From Klebsormidium nitens (lineage: Eukaryota > Plantae > Klebsormidiophyceae): a DNA stretch of 38,102 bases. Each line of letters begins with the position of its first letter. Position 1 is the first letter of the stretch. The notes below the pieces were generated by a model that saw only the letters and a program-made list of their open reading frames with translations, searched no databases and was not told where the DNA came from. This document shows, piece after piece, positions 33,972 through 38,102 of this stretch. Location of the stretch: assembly GCA_000708835.1 (NCBI GenBank), contig DF237694.1, positions 1 to 38,102 of the forward strand. Direction: 5' to 3'. Both the position numbers and the translations under genes were made by a program.

Positions 33972-36955
33972 ATGGATGTGGCGACGGCGACCGTGGCGCC
34001 GGCGGCCCCGGTGACGGCGGAGCGGCCCGTGCCGGCGGACCTGGACCAGGCGCTCAAGAACCCAGGTACCGCCCACAGCCCAGCCAGAACGAGGCTGACT
34101 GACGAGGGCCAAGTGATGTCGAGGGGTTCAACAAAACGAGTCCCCTCCTGCAGAGTCGGCCGGGAGTCGGCTGCATGCGGCGGGTGGCCGCAAGCGTGCT
34201 GCTTTCCTGGAAGCTTGCAGGACCGTCGTTGCTTGCTGGCATCTGTTGAAGCGGCCACAAATTCGCGTGCGCCCATTTTGTGCGCACGTGTCAACATGTT
34301 GAATATCTTGGTGGGCAGTCTCTTCTTTTGTTCTGCTGCTGCAAAGAACCTTTTGTCCTTTGCGCACGAGGAGAAGACGAAGAGGAAAGCTCGTTTCAAG
34401 GAGCACAGCGCTGCTCCGTAGCTGACAGCCCAATAATCACGCTGCGCTTGCAATCGTAAGAAGATTTCATTTGACATGGGCATGACACAGGGGCGGTGCG
34501 ACGTCATCTCTCAGGGTAGCTTTTGAGTCTGCATAAGAAAAGAGAACAGATAGAGAAATCCCAAGGAGTCAAGTCGAGCTTCAGAACCTGTCGCTTTGAT
34601 ATAGGTCTTTATTAATGACAGCAGTCTTCGCAGCAAGCGGTTGATTGTGGGCGAGATCTCGGACACGACCTTTCTGCTTTACTTTTAGTCGCTTTCGTTG
34701 ATGAACCCTCTCTGTGGTTACTCCTCCCTTGCCAGGCCTGCCGCGCGCTCTAGTTGCCCCGAGCCGCGAGCGCCCTGACGGCAGCCGCGCCTTCCACGAC
34801 CCCAAAAGCCTCAGCGTGCTGCAGCAGCACGTCGAGTTCTTCGACAGGTAACGCGCGCGCCCGCCTTCGGCAACACCCCACCATTTCCTCCCGTGCCGGC
34901 ACCACGCACTTTTCGGCGCTGCCCGGCTCTTTCCTGCATACACGCTTCCAGAGTTTGGCAATTCCTCAAGTGTAGGCCCTCTTTCGGTGTGCACCCCCGT
35001 GTCAGGTGACAGGGCCGCAGCCTGAAGTTGGATGGCTGGCTGCGCAGGAGAAAGACGGGCATCATCATGCCGTGGGACACGTATGCAGGTGAGCCCCTGC
35101 CGAGAGCACTGGTAGCCCACAAGTGGGCGGTGCCGCACTTGACCAGATCCGAAGAGCCGCTCCGAACGGCATCTCGGAACCGTGAGTTTGAATGTTGAGG
35201 CTGACGAGAGCGCCAGATGAGATAGTTGGTCGCTTGCGCAAGCATCGAGCCCTTGATTCAGAGAATCATCCAAACGATCGCTTGTCCTTCTCACACTAAA
35301 ACTCGACGATCCTGCACTCCAGATCAATCAGCGGTAAAATACTCGTTGAGCAACTTCGTTTCCGAGCTTTCAATGTGCTATGCCCACAGGCCTGAAAGAT
35401 GCCCAGAGATGCCCCTTCCTCCCTGCTCACTTCGGCGCGTGATGTTCGGGTGCAGGCTTCCGCGCGGTGGGCTTCAGCATGGTGCTGTCGCTGGTGTTCT
35501 CCGCCCTCATCAACGGCTCCCTCAGCTACTTCTCGCAGGACGTGAGCCACCCGATCCTTTGCGCTATGAAGCGAGCGCCAGATCGGGCAGCCGCTATTCA
35601 AAGCAGTCTTACATTTCAGGCCAATTCTGAAAAGGAGTCTCGCACGTTGCATTGCACTTCAGAAGTTGTGGCAAGAGTGGTGCTGCTACTAGTAGTGGCT
35701 TTTTGTTGACGCCGCGGCATGGGCGGGTGCAGTCGTGGCTGCCGGACCCGCTGTTGAGCATCAAGGTGCGCAACATCCACGGCTGCAAGCACGGCAGCGA
35801 CTCCGAGTCCTACGACACCGAGGGCAGGCAAGCCGCCGCCACGCTTCCAACTCCTTTACACGTCGCTCGCACTTTGGCTAGACAGGAGAGAGCAGGGGTG
35901 GGAGCCGAAGAGCGAAGATTAGGGCAGCCACGAGGTTGTTTGTTTTTAAGGGGCCTTTGAAGACCTTTTCTATCTTATTCTTCTTTTTTGATGGGTTGAA
36001 TGAGATGGTTTTTGCGAAGTTTTACCCGACTTCTGCCTTGCATTTCCCAGCAAAGACAGCCCCTTAAGTTCAGCGCGGGCGTGGTGGGTGCAGGTTCGTT
36101 CCCGAGAAGTTCGAGGAGATCTTCAGCAAGCACGACCGCAGCGGCAAGGGCTCGCTCACCTTCATGGAGATGCTCGCGCTCACCGAGACCAACAAGAACG
36201 CCTTCGACGCCTTCGGCTGGTCAGTACCCACCCGCCAGCAAAAAAATGAGGGTGCTACCAGGAGCAATGAGTACTTAGGTCAATAAATGCAGGAGAGGAA
36301 CAACGTTCTCAAGTTTGGAATGCGTCGACCGGTCGACGTTGGGGGCCCAGTTTTTTCCTATTGAGCATTCAGTTGTGAGCGACAAGCCTCGACTGGTCTG
36401 TTCAAAATATTACACGTTCGATACGTTTTGCCGAAGGCGCCTTCAGAGCGTGCGGATTGAATGTCGTGCAAAATCAGCTCCAGGCAGATATTGACCCCGT
36501 AGCAGACTGCAGAGTCACCGCTGGCCTCAGTTACGGTTGATATTTCCGCTGTTCCGCGCGTGCAGGATCGCGGAGAAGCTGGAGTGGGGCGTCACCTTCT
36601 GGCTGCTGGCGGACCACCGCGGCCGCGTGGCCAAGGAGCACATCCGCGAGTGCCTCGACGGTCAGCCGCACCGCGCCGCCACGCCCGACGCGGCTGGCCC
36701 TCTTCTTCAAGCCTGCTTCCCTGATAGCTGCGAAGTACCGGCCCTTTCGTGTCTGCCAATCTGTGTCAACCAATTGTCGTGACTCCAGTGCTTCCGGCCG
36801 GGGGTTGCCGTAAGATGGTCGCCTGACGTGTGCGTGCCGTGTCCGGTGCAGGCTCGGTTTTCTACCGCATCGAGAAGGAGCGCCAGGAGGAGGCCCACCG
36901 CAAGCAGGGGCGGGGGCATGCCCCCGCCAGCCACGGCCACACGGACGCGGAGTAG
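33972..36955 (+). CDS. CLO: Caleosin / peroxygenase (lipid-droplet heme protein), 250 aa, 8 exons
   Basis: Exons: 33972-34065, 34736-34847, 35048-35088, 35456-35541, 35733-35827 (GC donor), 36094-36219, 36566-36660, 36852-36955. Motifs: VAPAAPVTAERPVP, SVLQQHVEFFD (His), GIIMPWDTY, hydrophobic helix plus [37 protein letters not shown] (His), FGWIAEKLEW, IRECLDGSVFY. Confidence 0.95.
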
Positions 36956-37073
36956 CGCGACGGCTGAAAGCCCCTCAACGGCAAATCAGGGCTTGTGACT
37001 GTAGAAAGGATCAGGAAAGCGAACCAGGACGTTCAGGATATGAGAAGTACACAGAGTGATTTCCAGTACTGTT

Positions 37074-37078
37074 TGTAA
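37074..37078 (+). promoter_or_regulatory. Candidate TGTAA polyadenylation signal of the caleosin gene
   Basis: TGTAA ~120 nt after the stop codon. Similar hits follow the MATE gene (23731-23735, 23756-23760) and DHU1 (minus, 4270-4274). The motif is short and could be chance. Confidence 0.35.
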
Positions 37079-38102
37079 AGAGCGGCGAGGTTGGCACACG
37101 AAGCACGGCTTATAGATGCATGCTTAACAGAGGATTGGGTGGTTTTTGCTGTTCCGATATGTCCCAATAAGTTCTCTTGATTGATCTGCGAGCTATGCCA
37201 GGTCGCGTGAAGCGGAGACCTTCAAGGACAAGCTATGAGAACACTCGAGACCGTGACGTTACAGATCCACAAAGTTGGTGCGTCAACCTGTGGCGCACCT
37301 GTGCCTGGCATGGCGCACCGCAGACGAGCTTCATCTTTACTGCAAGATAGAACACAGCGCGGTCACCTCATGCCGGATCGATTTGCCGTGTGCCCCTCTG
37401 CATGTGAACCGGTCAGATAGAACCATCTAGTAGTAGCCTAGGTACGATAGATGTTTACGCTCGTCCCGGCCGGATCCGCCAGTCGCCGCTGCAGTGCGCT
37501 GTGCTTTGAAAGCATTTTGTGAAGGTGTTTTGCATCTCGTGCCGGGCGCGTCAGCATTATGCATACTGCACATGGGCCGAAGACCTAACTTGATAATGTG
37601 TGAAACCGCGCTGCAACATGTGCGCTTAGGCTTTGCACCCGGAATGACACGGGCAAAACGAAGCGCGCCCAGCCGCGCGTGTATGAGAAAGATTAGCTTT
37701 ATCCTAATCTGCACATGTTGACCGTCATTACAACGTATACTGATCATGCGGGGGCATCCGTGGCACCTGTGGCCCATTAGCCTAGTGGTACATGCTTTGC
37801 TCAGAATCACGCATGTGCGTGCTTAATGAAGTTCAGCTCACTGTATAATGTACATGACACCAACAACCTGCGATCCATCTTACAAGTGCACACATTCATT
37901 ACGTAACCACGCGAAGCCGAATCGATAGCAATTGCGCATCCATCTAATTTCTGTGGATACAACAAGCCGAAGATTTACAACAAGTCGAACAAGTCTCTTT
38001 CAGTGCAGTAGAGGCCACGCGAACCGCTCACTTTACCCTAATCGCCTATCGCTTCCTGCATATCTATGCTCAACCCGTTTCCTTAAATAATATAAGGTGT
38101 CG

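Noticed and set aside
35733-35760. Incomplete caleosin proline knot (WLPDPL, two prolines)
   Set aside because: Similar WIPDP-type knots are common in algal and fungal caleosins, so this is not unusual.
4800-37000. Most ORFs in the supplied six-frame track (for example 7010-7801, 9452-10339, 14794-15564, 19924-20790, 22248-23135, 34581-35327)
   Set aside because: These are shadow or read-through frames of GC-rich exons and introns (Ala/Arg/Pro/Gly-rich). The spliced models explain the real coding segments.
37200-38102. Short ORFs after the caleosin gene
   Set aside because: No motifs, splice pattern or codon bias. Treated as intergenic DNA.

Overview
Eukaryotic, intron-rich genomic DNA from a green alga. 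Exons are GC-rich, introns are short and mostly GT(G/A/C)AG...TGCAG, and the plant-type gene families make a streptophyte alga plausible, but the lineage cannot be fixed from this window. The six-frame ORF track is almost entirely shadow ORFs, so I rebuilt five spliced genes by hand with phase-consistent junctions: (1) a DHU1-like LRR+WD40 DWD protein (-, 4392-11014), (2) an ERD6-like MFS sugar porter (-, 13378 to at least 18042), (3) a DinF/DTX44-47-clade MATE transporter (+, about 19602-23553), (4) an AAE15/Aas-like long-chain acyl-activating enzyme (-, 24909-31439, crossing a spurious N-gap), and (5) a caleosin/peroxygenase (+, 33972-36955). The first ~4 kb is a nest of decayed transposons. 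It holds a Ty1/copia gag-protease relic with its 5' LTR and a half-tRNAiMet primer site, a 503-bp hAT MITE inserted at the gag start, and a second homologous LTR in the opposite orientation with a different primer site. There are no rRNA genes, convincing tRNA genes or CRISPR arrays. The most notable observations are two GC-AG introns, an apparent compensated frameshift in the caleosin EF-hand, the primer-site difference between related LTRs, and a possible lipid activation/oxidation/export neighbourhood. I cannot demonstrate a novel biological system from the sequence alone.
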